DNA of 64,000 nt from an uncultured Planctomycetota bacterium. Its GTDB lineage: Bacteria; Planctomycetota; Planctomycetia; Isosphaerales; Isosphaeraceae. The notes below the pieces were generated by a model, which worked only from the letters and a program-made list of their open reading frames with translations, did no database searches and was not told where the DNA came from. Numbering within the stretch: the stretch's first letter is position 1; the number at the start of each line of letters is the position of its first letter. This document shows positions 1 to 9,227 of this stretch, piece by piece. A program made the translations under genes and the position numbers. The DNA lies in contig CAWGMQ010000010.1 of the NCBI GenBank assembly GCA_963823665.1, forward strand, positions 1,600,001-1,664,000. The letters run 5' to 3'.

Positions 1-938
1 TCAACCCCAACCAGGGCATCCTTGGTCGCCCGCGCCCGTTCCGGCGCCGCGGTCTGATACCCGTAAACGGCCGCGCCCGTGGCGATCGCCGCGGCCGCGA
101 GCAAGGCGGCCACGCCCGCGGTCGCGAGCTTGCCGAGGAACATGGCCCGCATCCCTCGTTTCGCGAGTCGCATGACTGCGGCCGGCGCCGCACCGAATGC
201 GAGCGGCCGCGCCGCGGCCATTGTCACAGCCAGGCGCACAGTGGACGTCGCGAGCGCACCCGGCAGAATCGCCGTCGCCGCGTCTCCAAACGACGAAAAC
301 GCCATCATCCCGGCCGAAGGGGCAAGACCACGTCGCACCAATCGCGTGCGAAGCAACTCGCGACCGCGCGCCAGCCGGCTCTTCACCGTTCCCACCGGTC
401 GCCGCATTCGCTGCGCGGCCTGCTCCATCGTGAGGCCCTCCACGCAGCAGAGCACGAGCACGGTTCGATATCGCTGTGGCACGCGATCGAGCTCTTCGAG
501 GATCGTGGCCCCGAGGTCATCGCTCCCCGAATCGGTAATAGCCCATGCTCTGGATCGGGCGGCATTCCATTCGTGAGTGCGACGGCGCTTTGCAGACGTT
601 CGCGCCGTGCTGGCCACGTTGTAGGCCACGCTATAGAGCCACGAGGCCAGCGTGTCGCTCCGGCGAATGGAACCGGCCTTGAGAGCCAGAATGAGGAACG
701 TGGCCTGCACGGCGTCTTCCGCATCATGGACGTCGCGCAACACGGCTTTGCACACGCGCAGCACGGTCGGCCCGTGCCGCTCGACCAGGCCCGCGAACGC
801 GGTTTCAGCGTCATCGCGGTCGCCGTCGCGCGCCGCGAATCGGTCGAGCAGCTCTGCGTCGCTCATTCCGCCGACTGTCCCCGCCGTGAATAACGCACGG
901 ATCGATCGGGCTGCTGTCCCGCTCAGCTTCTTTTCCAC
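1..938 (-). CDS. ECF sigma-70 factor, planctomycete type with TM helix/C-terminal extension (3' end runs off the window)
   Basis: Not in the ORF track because there is no stop in the window. Manual translation from GTG at 938 (GGAGG upstream): VEKKLSG...GTVGGMSDAELLDRF...AFAGLVERHGPTVLRVCKAVLRDVHDAEDAVQATFLILALKAGSIR...LASWLYSVA, containing the sigma2 DAED motif. Similar to 36396-37838. Confidence 0.9.
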   Translation of the reverse strand, partial: MEKKLSGTAARSIRALFTAGTVGGMSDAELLDRFAARDGDRDDAETAFAGLVERHGPTVLRVCKAVLRDVHDAEDAVQATFLILALKAGSIRRSDTLASWLYSVAYNVASTARTSAKRRRTHEWNAARSRAWAITDSGSDDLGATILEELDRVPQRYRTVLVLCCVEGLTMEQAAQRMRRPVGTVKSRLARGRELLRTRLVRRGLAPSAGMMAFSSFGDAATAILPGALATSTVRLAVTMAAARPLAFGAAPAAVMRLAKRGMRAMFLGKLATAGVAALLAAAAIATGAAVYGYQTAAPERARATKDALVGV

Positions 939-996
939 AGCTCTCGCCTCCGCATGGCAGTGTACGTCTTTCGCAGGATGCCTGACGATACCCAGG

Positions 997-1024
997 TAGA
1001 CTTCCGAGCTCGTCCGAGGGTTCC
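997..1024 (-). promoter_or_regulatory. Candidate ECF-type promoter GGAACC-N17-GTCTA upstream of the ECF gene
   Basis: Minus strand reads GGAACC ctcggacgagctcggaa GTCTA, about 60 nt upstream of the start; matches the generic ECF -35/-10 pattern. Confidence 0.5.
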
Positions 1025-1045
1025 AAGTTTTCCGGAATGCGGGGA

Positions 1046-1160
1046 GGGAAACAGGGACGGAAACAGGGACGCAACTAGGGGACGGAAACAGGGACGCAAC
1101 TAGATTTCGATCGATCGGGGGGACGGAAACACGGACGCAGCTAGATTTCGATCGATCGGG
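1046..1160 (+). repeat. Nested direct repeats, core GGACGGAAACA(G/C)GGACGCA(A/G)CTAGATTTCGATCGATCGGG (family R1)
   Basis: Four copies that begin at about the same point and become progressively longer; related to 4433-4550. Confidence 0.9.
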
Positions 1161-1409
1161 CACTCCAGGACCGTTGCCGCAGGTACTGACGAAGAGGAGC
1201 CTCACGAGGCTGGTCCCTGGCTCGACATCGAAGAACGCAGATTCTGCACCGCTCGCGGCCTGAGGCGAGCCGGTCCCCGATACCAACCCGAAGCGTCAGC
1301 GAGGGCGCCGGCGTCTGACAGTCGACGACTTTGGAAGGGCTCGTTGCAGCATTTTGATGTTGCGTTGTCGGTCCGTCGCCCCGAACGGGGCAACCACAAA
1401 CCAGCCCAG

Positions 1410-1462
1410 GGCATCGCCCTAGGTTTCCGAGGCATCGCCCTAGGTTTCCGAGGCATCGCCCT
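1410..1462 (+). repeat. 21-bp tandem repeat GGCATCGCCCTAGGTTTCCGA (2.5 copies) in a REP-like intergenic region
   Basis: Directly visible; preceded by the hairpin GCCCCGAACGGGGC. Confidence 0.85.
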
Positions 1463-1841
1463 GCGTGCTCGAGGCAACACCTTGGGCCCGGATCTCTCTT
1501 TCAAAATAAGTCTCCGATTTGCAGCGGCGCCGACGCCCAGGTAAGATATGCCGGTGCTGCTTGGCGGACCTCGTGTTGCTCCGCAAGCTCGGAAGGGACC
1601 ACCGCGAACGCGTGGCCGACGATGCTTACTCCTTAGAATAACCTCACTTGCGCAATTCACTCACGCTTCACACCCCGGCGCCGTCATGATCTCGCCGGTT
1701 CCATTCGGAGTGAATTTTCGGAATTTCGAAAAATTCCGCGTCCGATTTTCGTCCCGTTTGGAGCCATAGTGATCAGGGTGCCATTCGTGCTGGGATTTGG
1801 TCGAGGCCCGGTGACATCGTCGTCCAGCTCAATCCACTGAG

Positions 1842-4430
1842 GTGCGCACCGTGTTGACAACATCGCAGCGGCTCGTGAATTCACTTCAAATCACTCATCG
1901 CCTGCTTCGCCGGCGTCACGCCGCGGCCACGGCAACGCGGCGGAATCACCGCCCGCGCCTCGAGGTCCTCGAGGACCGCCTCGTTCTGTCCTACAGTCTG
2001 ACCCCGCTGGCCACATTCAGCGGCCTCGCGCACGGACCGTCTCTCACCCCGGTGGTGGACAGCAGCGGCGACGTGTAGTACACCGGCGGACCGAGCGGCC
2101 TCGTCAAGATCGCCGGGCCGAACAATACGACAACCATTGCCTTCCCCACAGGCACAAACTTCGCCGGGGATCTGGCTGTCGACAGCCAGGGCGACGTTTT
2201 CGGGCAGGCGAGTGATAGTAGTTTTATTAGTAGTCCTGACAACTATCCGATCGGGATCTTCGAGGTGCAGGCGGGGCAGACGGCAGCTCAGATTACACCG
2301 GCGAACGAAAACTTTGGAATTTATGCGCCGGACCTTACGGGCCTGGCCGTCGACAACAACGGGAACATTTATGGCCTGACGTGGGGCTTCGTCGCACTAG
2401 GTGTCAACAATCCGGTGGCTCTGGTATGGCAAATGTCTGATACCGGCGGTCCGATCACTCTGCTGGCGGAGTCCCAGTTTCCCACCGAGTCGGATACTTC
2501 GACGTTCACCACCGGCAGCCTGACGCTCTCGGGCAATGTTCTCTATGGCACGACCAGCGGAAGCCAGCCGGGGTACAACACCGTGTTTTCGGTGCCGGTC
2601 AGTGGCCTGCCCACAATCTACGGATTCCCGACCGGAGGACCCTTCAACATCCTGGGCAACTTCACGAGCCCCGTCGACCCCGAGATCGTCGTCCAGGGCA
2701 ACTTCGTTTACGGCGTATTGGACTTCGATTCGGTGTTCAAGCTGCCGGTTGGCGCAGGCACGCCCCAGACGCCCCAGTTTTTTCCGATCACCGTCGGGTC
2801 AGGTACGTGGGGCGGCCTGGCTGCGGACGGGTCGACGATGCTCGGTGTCCTCAATGCTGGGAGCGCAGGCGGAACGCCTTCAATTTTCTCCGTGAATTTT
2901 GCGACGGCGACCCCGACCTTCCAGACCCTGACGACGTTCTCGTCGCTCAACCAGAGCCCGGAATCCGGTCTCGCCGTGGACAGCCTGGGAAATGCCTACG
3001 GCTTGTCATACGGATCGACGGGCTCGGTGGACGTATACGAGCTAAGCGTGTCGCCCCCCCCGCAGACCAGTGTGGAAACGTTCACATGGTCCGGCGCCGT
3101 CAATAAAGATTGGAGCGACTCGAAGAACTGGCAGGGCGGCGTCGCTCCAGTACCGGGCCAGGAAGTGAATCTGATCTTTCCCGCGAGCGCGAAGCATCGC
3201 ACCAATATCGACGACGTCCCCACCCTGATCGTGGACGCGCTGCAGATCGACGGCAATTACGTCATCAAGGGTAGTGGTGCGCTAGGGCTCGACGGCACTC
3301 TCACCGTGAGTGCGCCCAAGCTCTGCTCAATCTCGAATCCGATCGTGCTAACCGGCCAGGTAACCGCCACGGTGAGCAGAGGTGAGCTGGACCTGGACGG
3401 CGAAATCGGGGGCAGTGGCGGTCTCGTCATCGTCGGGCCTGGCACGCTCGGCCTCGGCCACTCGAACAACGCCTATTCCGGGGACACCGTTCTACAGAGC
3501 GGAACCCTGGCTGGTAAAGCAAACGGCTGCGCGGGCACTGGGACGCTCAGGTTGCTCGGCGGCACGCTCGAATCTGGCGGGCGCCCCGACCACAAACTGG
3601 AATTGGCAAACCAAGTGATTGTCGGCGGCAACGTGATAATCTCAGGCTCGAAAAAGGACGAACCTGACGCGGTGCTCCTGCAAGGCTCCGTCATGGTGAC
3701 CGCGAGCAGCATATTGTTTCTTTCCACAGCATTCAACGTGACGAATGGCATTGATGTCTCGGCTGGATCCACGTTGACGCTGCTTGCAGAATCCGATTCC
3801 ACAGACAATCTCACCGGCTTGTTTTCAGGCCATATCGATTTTGACGGGGGAAGTAGAGGACTTGTCGTGAAGGCTCAGGGACAACTGGCTCCGGGCGCGA
3901 TGTGGGATCTGTTGGAAGGGTCGACCTTGGATCCTCAATTGATTGGAGACGGCGCCATCAATGTCGCCGGCGGAGCGCTGTATTGCGGCGAACTCGATAG
4001 TTCGACTCTCGCGAATTTCGGCGGAACCGTGACCCTGACGCTTGGATTCATCTATACCGAGTACAGCCTTGGCACGGGCCCACTCAACTTGATCGACGGC
4101 GACCTCGAGGTTTTTGGCCATCGCGCTCTCAACTTGACCAACTCGCAGACCACACTTTCCGGAAGAGTAGTTTTGGAAGGCTGTTCTCCCAGTGACCCCC
4201 TGAACGTCCGCGGGGCAGTAGTCGTCACCGGCGACGCTACGCTGTTTCTTCGCAGTACGCTGGCACTCCATGGCCTCTCAACCGACCAAATCACGTTCTT
4301 CCAACCGGTCACCTTCGCCGGCGAAACATTACTACTTACCTTCGCGGGAGATGGGAGTGTGACGCTGCCGAACTCCTCTTCACCGCAGGTAAGAACAGGC
4401 GGGAGCGACGTTACAGTGATGCCTGACTGA
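1842..4430 (+). pseudogene. Large secreted adhesin-like protein (LEPR-XLL-type N-terminus, propeller-like repeats, autotransporter-associated beta-strand repeats) with one in-frame TAG at 2076-2078
   Basis: ORF 1842-2078 (RPRLEVLEDRLVLS) and ORF 2265-4430 share a frame; the region between reads GDV*YTGGPSGLVKI...LAVDSQGDVFG. Later motifs: TWSGA..DWSDSKNW and GGLVIVGPGTLGL..NAYSGDTVLQSGTL. No C-terminal beta-barrel seen. The stop may be a base-call error and the start is uncertain. Confidence 0.75.
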
Positions 4431-4432
4431 AT

Positions 4433-4550
4433 GGACGGAAACACGGACGCAGATAGAATTCGGTCGACCCAGACGATCCACAGTCCTCCGGGGACGGAAA
4501 CCGGGACGCAGATAGAATTTGGTCGACCCAGACGATCCACAGTCCTCCGG
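4433..4550 (+). repeat. Two tandem 59-bp copies of family R1
   Basis: 4433-4491 and 4492-4550 are nearly identical (GGACGGAAAC..GGACGCAGATAGAATT.GGTCGACCCAGACGATCCACAGTCCTCCGG); they start 2 nt after the stop codon of the preceding gene. Confidence 0.92.
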
Positions 4551-4714
4551 TACCGCCGCGGTTCGTGAATTCAGTACCGCAGATCGCGGCGAGTCGCACC
4601 ATCCAGGGAGTGCGAGGCTCTCGGCGAGCCGCGCGGGCGATGGCCTCGCACTCAGCGGCACCGCCTGATATATTGCACGCTCATCCTTCTAGCAGCAGCG
4701 AACCGTGAAGGGAC

Positions 4715-5203
4715 TTGACTGTGGACTCAACTCCCATACTCCTGGGACTTCTCCTCGCCAGCGTGCTCCTGATCTCCCTCGTGGCGATCATCGGCGGATT
4801 CCTGCACACCAAACGTGAGCGCCTTCTTACTCATCAAGAGCGAATGAAGGCACTGGAAGTCGGCCGCGACCTGCCCGGCGACGCGGCAACCGCGCGATCC
4901 AAGACAATATTCGGCGATTCCTCGAGCGACGCCGCGGATGACCAGAACCAGTCGCTTCCGCGCAAAGTCTTCACGACGACGCTCTGGATCGCGTTCTGGG
5001 GATTCCTGTTCGGCGGCCCGGCGGGAGCGGCGAACCACGCCGTCGCGATCGCGATGGCCGCGTCCGTGGGCGCCATCGGCGTCACCGCGATGATCTGCGG
5101 CACGATCCTGGCAATGAGACTTCCCACCACGCAGGCCACGAGCACCACTTCCAAGCCCAGCATCGAGAGCGACGCGTTCGACGTCGTATCCCGCCGGGGC
5201 TGA
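4715..5203 (+). CDS. Small membrane protein, about 3 TM (DUF6249-like)
   Basis: N-terminal TM, then RERLLTHQERMKALEVG, then two hydrophobic segments. Confidence 0.7.
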   Translation: MTVDSTPILLGLLLASVLLISLVAIIGGFLHTKRERLLTHQERMKALEVGRDLPGDAATARSKTIFGDSSSDAADDQNQSLPRKVFTTTLWIAFWGFLFGGPAGAANHAVAIAMAASVGAIGVTAMICGTILAMRLPTTQATSTTSKPSIESDAFDVVSRRG

Positions 5204-5358
5204 GGCCGCCTCTCATTGCTGCGCCTTCCGTGGTCAACGACTCCGCACCGTAGCCGCGCCGGTTCTGGCTCCTCGAACGGGCTTTCATTATGATCAATGG
5301 AAACGGTTCGAGCTTCAACGATCGGTGTTCTGCAGCAGCGAATCACCCGAGGTCCGCC

Positions 5359-6156
5359 ATGAATGAGCTAGACGACCGTCTTGCAGGCGATGAGGTCTGG
5401 GAACTATTTCCCGCACGCGCTGCCACCCCGTCACGAGCATCTCGAATCGCGCTTGCCGCGCGCTGGCTCGTCTGGGCCTGCGCCGTCGCGGCGATCTGGC
5501 TGTTATCGCCCCCGGTGGCCATTGTGATGGCCGGTCTGGTGATTTCCGCCGGTGATTTCCGACACGCCCGCCAGCTTGCCCGTTCCATTCCCGACAAGGC
5601 CGGTGGTGCAATTTGCGCGCTCTTCGGCTGTGCCTGGGGCGTCTGGAAATTCGCGATGACCACTCTCGCGTTGCTGATCCCGGTCGCGATCTGGGGCATG
5701 AACCAACCAGAAATGGCATCGACATTCATACCATCGCTGCTGATCTCGTTGTGCGGTCACGTGCTCTCGGCAGCGTTAACCGCCGCCGGCCTGATTGGTG
5801 CCTATCGCTCCGATATGCGAGTCTGGATAGGCGAAGGAGTCAACCGGGCCAGGCTGCTCTTGCTCGCGATGCTACTCGTAGTGTTCACATTCGCCGTGAT
5901 CGGTCCCGTGTGCTTCTGGCTCGCCATGAGCCCTACACCCAGCGGCGTTGCTCCAGTGAATGTGTTCATTCTGGCGGTCCTGGGCGTGTCCTTGGGCGGC
6001 GCCTTCGTGCTGCTTCTGATTCTTGACTGGCTATCCGCGCACGTCGTGGCCGATCGCCCCGCCAGGTTCGGCGCTAAGGTGCCCGCCGTGGGTAAATGGG
6101 ATTCGTATAGCCGAGAAAGTGAAAGGGACAAACTTCAGATCGCCCGGGTACCGTGA
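5359..6156 (+). CDS. Unknown multi-pass membrane protein, paralogue A1
   Basis: MNELDDRLAGD..WELFP, AYRSDMRVWIGEGVN and VVADRPARFGAKVPAVGKW are shared with A2/A3; ATG 5359 chosen by alignment. Confidence 0.85.
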   Translation: MNELDDRLAGDEVWELFPARAATPSRASRIALAARWLVWACAVAAIWLLSPPVAIVMAGLVISAGDFRHARQLARSIPDKAGGAICALFGCAWGVWKFAMTTLALLIPVAIWGMNQPEMASTFIPSLLISLCGHVLSAALTAAGLIGAYRSDMRVWIGEGVNRARLLLLAMLLVVFTFAVIGPVCFWLAMSPTPSGVAPVNVFILAVLGVSLGGAFVLLLILDWLSAHVVADRPARFGAKVPAVGKWDSYSRESERDKLQIARVP

Positions 6157-6935
6157 TGAATGAACTCGACGATCGGCTTGCCGGCGACCTGATCTGGGAG
6201 TTGTTTCCCGAGCGGGCAGTCAGCCCGGAGCCAACGTCTCGACCGGCACGCGCCTTGTTGTGGCTAGCGGGTGCCTGCGCGGTCGCCGCAATCTGGCAGT
6301 GGTCTCCTCCACTGGCCGTGGTCACGGCCTGTGTCGCCGTTGCGGCCGGGGATATTCGCCATGGCCGCCAGCTTGCCCGAGCCGTTCCCGACAGGGCAGG
6401 GGGTGCCATCTGTGCTCGATTTGCGTATGCATGGGGCGCCTGGAAGCTCGCCATGACCGCTCTCCCATTCACATTTCTGACACCATTCTTGGCCCAGGCA
6501 GGCTCAGGCGGCGAGATTCAGCCTTACCCGCCACCTGCGTTCGTCGCATCGTTGCTGCTCTTGGTGTCCGGTCACGTGCTGTCGGCGACTCTCACGGCCA
6601 GCGGCATGCTTCGCGCCTATCGCTCGGGCATGCGAGTCTGGGTCGGTGAAGGGGTGAACCAGGCCAGGCTGCTCTTGCTCTGCATGCTGCTGGTCGTGTT
6701 CACTTTCGCCGTTCTCGGGCCGCTCGGCGTCTGGCTTGCCGCGAGCGCTCCAAACGCACGCGACGCCGGCGACGTGGCCCGAGTAAACGTGGTCGTCGCG
6801 GCGACTCTCATTTCGATCCTGGGCGGTGCATTCGTACTGCTCGTGATTCTCGACGGGCTCTCTCGGCGCGTCGTCGCCGACCGCCCCGGCAAGTTCGGAC
6901 CGAAAGTACCGGCCGTAGGAAAGTGGGATACATAG
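6156..6935 (+). CDS. Unknown multi-pass membrane protein, paralogue A2
   Basis: Same conserved blocks as A1/A3; start overlaps the A1 stop (TGATG). Confidence 0.85.
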   Translation: MNELDDRLAGDLIWELFPERAVSPEPTSRPARALLWLAGACAVAAIWQWSPPLAVVTACVAVAAGDIRHGRQLARAVPDRAGGAICARFAYAWGAWKLAMTALPFTFLTPFLAQAGSGGEIQPYPPPAFVASLLLLVSGHVLSATLTASGMLRAYRSGMRVWVGEGVNQARLLLLCMLLVVFTFAVLGPLGVWLAASAPNARDAGDVARVNVVVAATLISILGGAFVLLVILDGLSRRVVADRPGKFGPKVPAVGKWDT

Positions 6936-7041
6936 AATCGAGAACGCGACGGAAAGTGCCTATAATAAAGAAGCGGCCCTTCGAGCCGGTGATTTCCGAC
7001 CGGCGAGAACACTGAGTTCTCCAGGCTGAGGGGATGACGCC

Positions 7042-7824
7042 GTGAACGAGATCGACGACCGTCTTGCCGGCGACGCGATCTGGGAGCTGTTTCCCAACAG
7101 CGTTGTACGGCAACCTCCGGCATCCAGCGTCCGGCGCATAGTGTGGTGGCTGGCGGCGGCCGGTGCGATTGTGGGAATCTGGTTCATCTCTCCCGCGTTG
7201 GCCGTCGCGACGACTTGCCTTGTGGTTTCGGAGCGTGATTTCCGGCGCGGACTGCGGCTTGCCCAGTCCGTTCCCGACAAATCCGGAGGCACAATCTGCG
7301 CGTTGTTCAGTTATAGCTGGGGCGCCTCGAAGTTCGGCGTAACGGCTCTCGAGTTCGTCATTCCGATCTTGATGGCATTGTTGTTTCGAACCAAGTCTGG
7401 TGGGCCACTCCCGCACGGGCTCCGAGCGGCGTTCATCGCATCGTTACTGCTGGCTGCGGGTGGTCTCCTCGTGTCGGCGACACTGACGGCCGCCGGCTTG
7501 GTTCGCGCCTACCGCTCGAGCATGCGAGTCTGGATTGGTGAAGGGGTAAACCAGGCGGGGCTGCTCTTTTTCGGCATGCTGCTCACCATACTCGCGTTCG
7601 CCGTCATCGTGCCTATCGGCGTCTGTCTCGCCGCGGTCGATCCGCAAGCAAGTCGACTGGGCGAAGTGATCTCCGCGACGGGGACCATTGGGTTGATCCT
7701 GGCGATGCTGGTTGGCCCGGTCGTCATTCTCGTCATCCTCGACCGGATCTGTAACCACGTCGTGGCCGATCGCCCCGGCAAGTTCGGCCCCAAGGTGCCG
7801 GCGGTGGGCAAGTGGAGCTCATGA
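7042..7824 (+). CDS. Unknown multi-pass membrane protein, paralogue A3
   Basis: Same conserved blocks; GTG start; TATAAT at 6961 upstream. Confidence 0.85.
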   Translation: MNEIDDRLAGDAIWELFPNSVVRQPPASSVRRIVWWLAAAGAIVGIWFISPALAVATTCLVVSERDFRRGLRLAQSVPDKSGGTICALFSYSWGASKFGVTALEFVIPILMALLFRTKSGGPLPHGLRAAFIASLLLAAGGLLVSATLTAAGLVRAYRSSMRVWIGEGVNQAGLLFFGMLLTILAFAVIVPIGVCLAAVDPQASRLGEVISATGTIGLILAMLVGPVVILVILDRICNHVVADRPGKFGPKVPAVGKWSS

Positions 7825-9153
7825 ATGACCGCGCCACCGGCTTCCACCGAACGAGAATCGATCCCGATCAGGATCGCTCTCTCGCCGCTCCGCGCCATCG
7901 AACGGGCACGCGGCTGGCGCCGGTTCGCGCTGCTGGCAGTTTACGCGGTCATCGCCGTCGTGGTCGGTGCATTCTTGTGGCGCCGTTCCGAGCTTGCCGG
8001 GTTACCTGATGTCGGTGAGCCGTTTGACGTCGCAGCCGCGCGCTGGCCCGCCCCTGTGCCCGGTGATCGCAACGCATTCCCCTCATATCAGCGCGCCGCA
8101 GCGCGATTCCAGGACATGACCGCGACCGTTGGTTCGTCGTTCAACAACGCCAATCTTTCCTGGTCCAGGGCCGATGCGACGATGCGCGCCTGGGTCGCCG
8201 CGAACGATGAGGCGATCTCCCTGATGCTCGCCGGCTCGGAACGGCTCGAGTTCGTTCCCGAATTATCCAGAAGCCTGTCCGGCCAGGATGCGAACATGGC
8301 CAAAACCGAGCTCGCCCGGCGCATCGGCTGGATTGGCACCGCCGGCCTTTTCAAGGCAGGGCGCCTTCGTGCCGAAGATGACCATGCCGGCGCATGGAAG
8401 CTGTTACAAGCCGTGGTCCGCGCCAGTCGCCACATCGAGTGGTCCCTGCCGTCGGCTGGTCGAACCCACGGGATCATGCTGGCTCAGTACGCTCGCGAGC
8501 CGGTCGCCGAATGGGCGCGCGATAAGGGCACCACAGCCGCGATGCTGCATCAGGCCTTGGCCGACCTCGCCGCCACCGAGAGTCTCACACCTCCGCTCAG
8601 TTCGTTCTATCGTCAGGAATACCTTGGTACCCTGGAGTCATTGACGCCGCCGAAACCGTTCTTCACAGGCCAACCCTCGCAGCCAGCGAATCCCGCCCAG
8701 CGCCCGTTCGTTCCTTACTTGCCGGCATTGGACGCGTTCTTGCACGGCGAGCCCGAACGCAGCCGCCGCGTGCTGAGCTTGCTCGCCGCAAATGACCTGG
8801 CCTGGTGCGATCGACCGGGCATTGCGCGACCGATGCTGGCGATCTCCAGGCTTCAAATCTATGAAGGAGACCCGGCTGCGCCGGAATCCACCCGCGCCCT
8901 CGCGCCCGACGAGCTTGCCCGCTGGGCCGACACCGCTACGATCACGCCGACCTTGACCTGGCGGTTGGGCGAGATCGAGAAGTGGGACGGAATCGATCGC
9001 TGGTCGATGAATGCGCTGACGGAGTCGGTCGCCGTGTCGTTATTCACGAAGGAGACGGGCCGGAAGCCGGCTTCGGCAGCGGAGGCGCTGAAACGATATC
9101 GGCCCACTCCCGGGGCTGCACCCGATCGCGATGAGGCCGAACCCATACGCTGA
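7825..9153 (+). CDS. Membrane-anchored alpha-helical protein, paralogue B1
   Basis: Single N-terminal TM followed by GLPDVGEPFDV; 442 aa; abuts the A3 stop. Confidence 0.85.
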   Translation: MTAPPASTERESIPIRIALSPLRAIERARGWRRFALLAVYAVIAVVVGAFLWRRSELAGLPDVGEPFDVAAARWPAPVPGDRNAFPSYQRAAARFQDMTATVGSSFNNANLSWSRADATMRAWVAANDEAISLMLAGSERLEFVPELSRSLSGQDANMAKTELARRIGWIGTAGLFKAGRLRAEDDHAGAWKLLQAVVRASRHIEWSLPSAGRTHGIMLAQYAREPVAEWARDKGTTAAMLHQALADLAATESLTPPLSSFYRQEYLGTLESLTPPKPFFTGQPSQPANPAQRPFVPYLPALDAFLHGEPERSRRVLSLLAANDLAWCDRPGIARPMLAISRLQIYEGDPAAPESTRALAPDELARWADTATITPTLTWRLGEIEKWDGIDRWSMNALTESVAVSLFTKETGRKPASAAEALKRYRPTPGAAPDRDEAEPIR

Positions 9154-9155
9154 CT

Positions 9156-9200
9156 GTTGGGCGCGGGTCTCCGACCCCGCCCCGCGGCGTGACCGAAGTC
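9156..9200. repeat. REP-like element GGCGCGGGTCTCCGACCCCGCC...TGACCGAAG
   Basis: Reverse-complement copies occur at 63888-64000. Confidence 0.75.
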
Positions 9201-9227
9201 CCAGCAGTGGCCAAATGGAATGCATAA
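9198..9227 (+). pseudogene. C-terminal relic of a fourth A-family gene (VPAVAKWNA*)
   Basis: GTC CCA GCA GTG GCC AAA TGG AAT GCA TAA ATG matches the A3/B1 junction VPAVGKWSS* ATG. Confidence 0.8.

Noticed and set aside
2076..2078. TAG recoding/readthrough (in-frame TAGs here and at 12867, 12981)
   Set aside because: Several intact genes end normally at TAG (6935, 18269, 19497, 44564), and no pyl machinery is seen; point mutation or base-call error is simpler.
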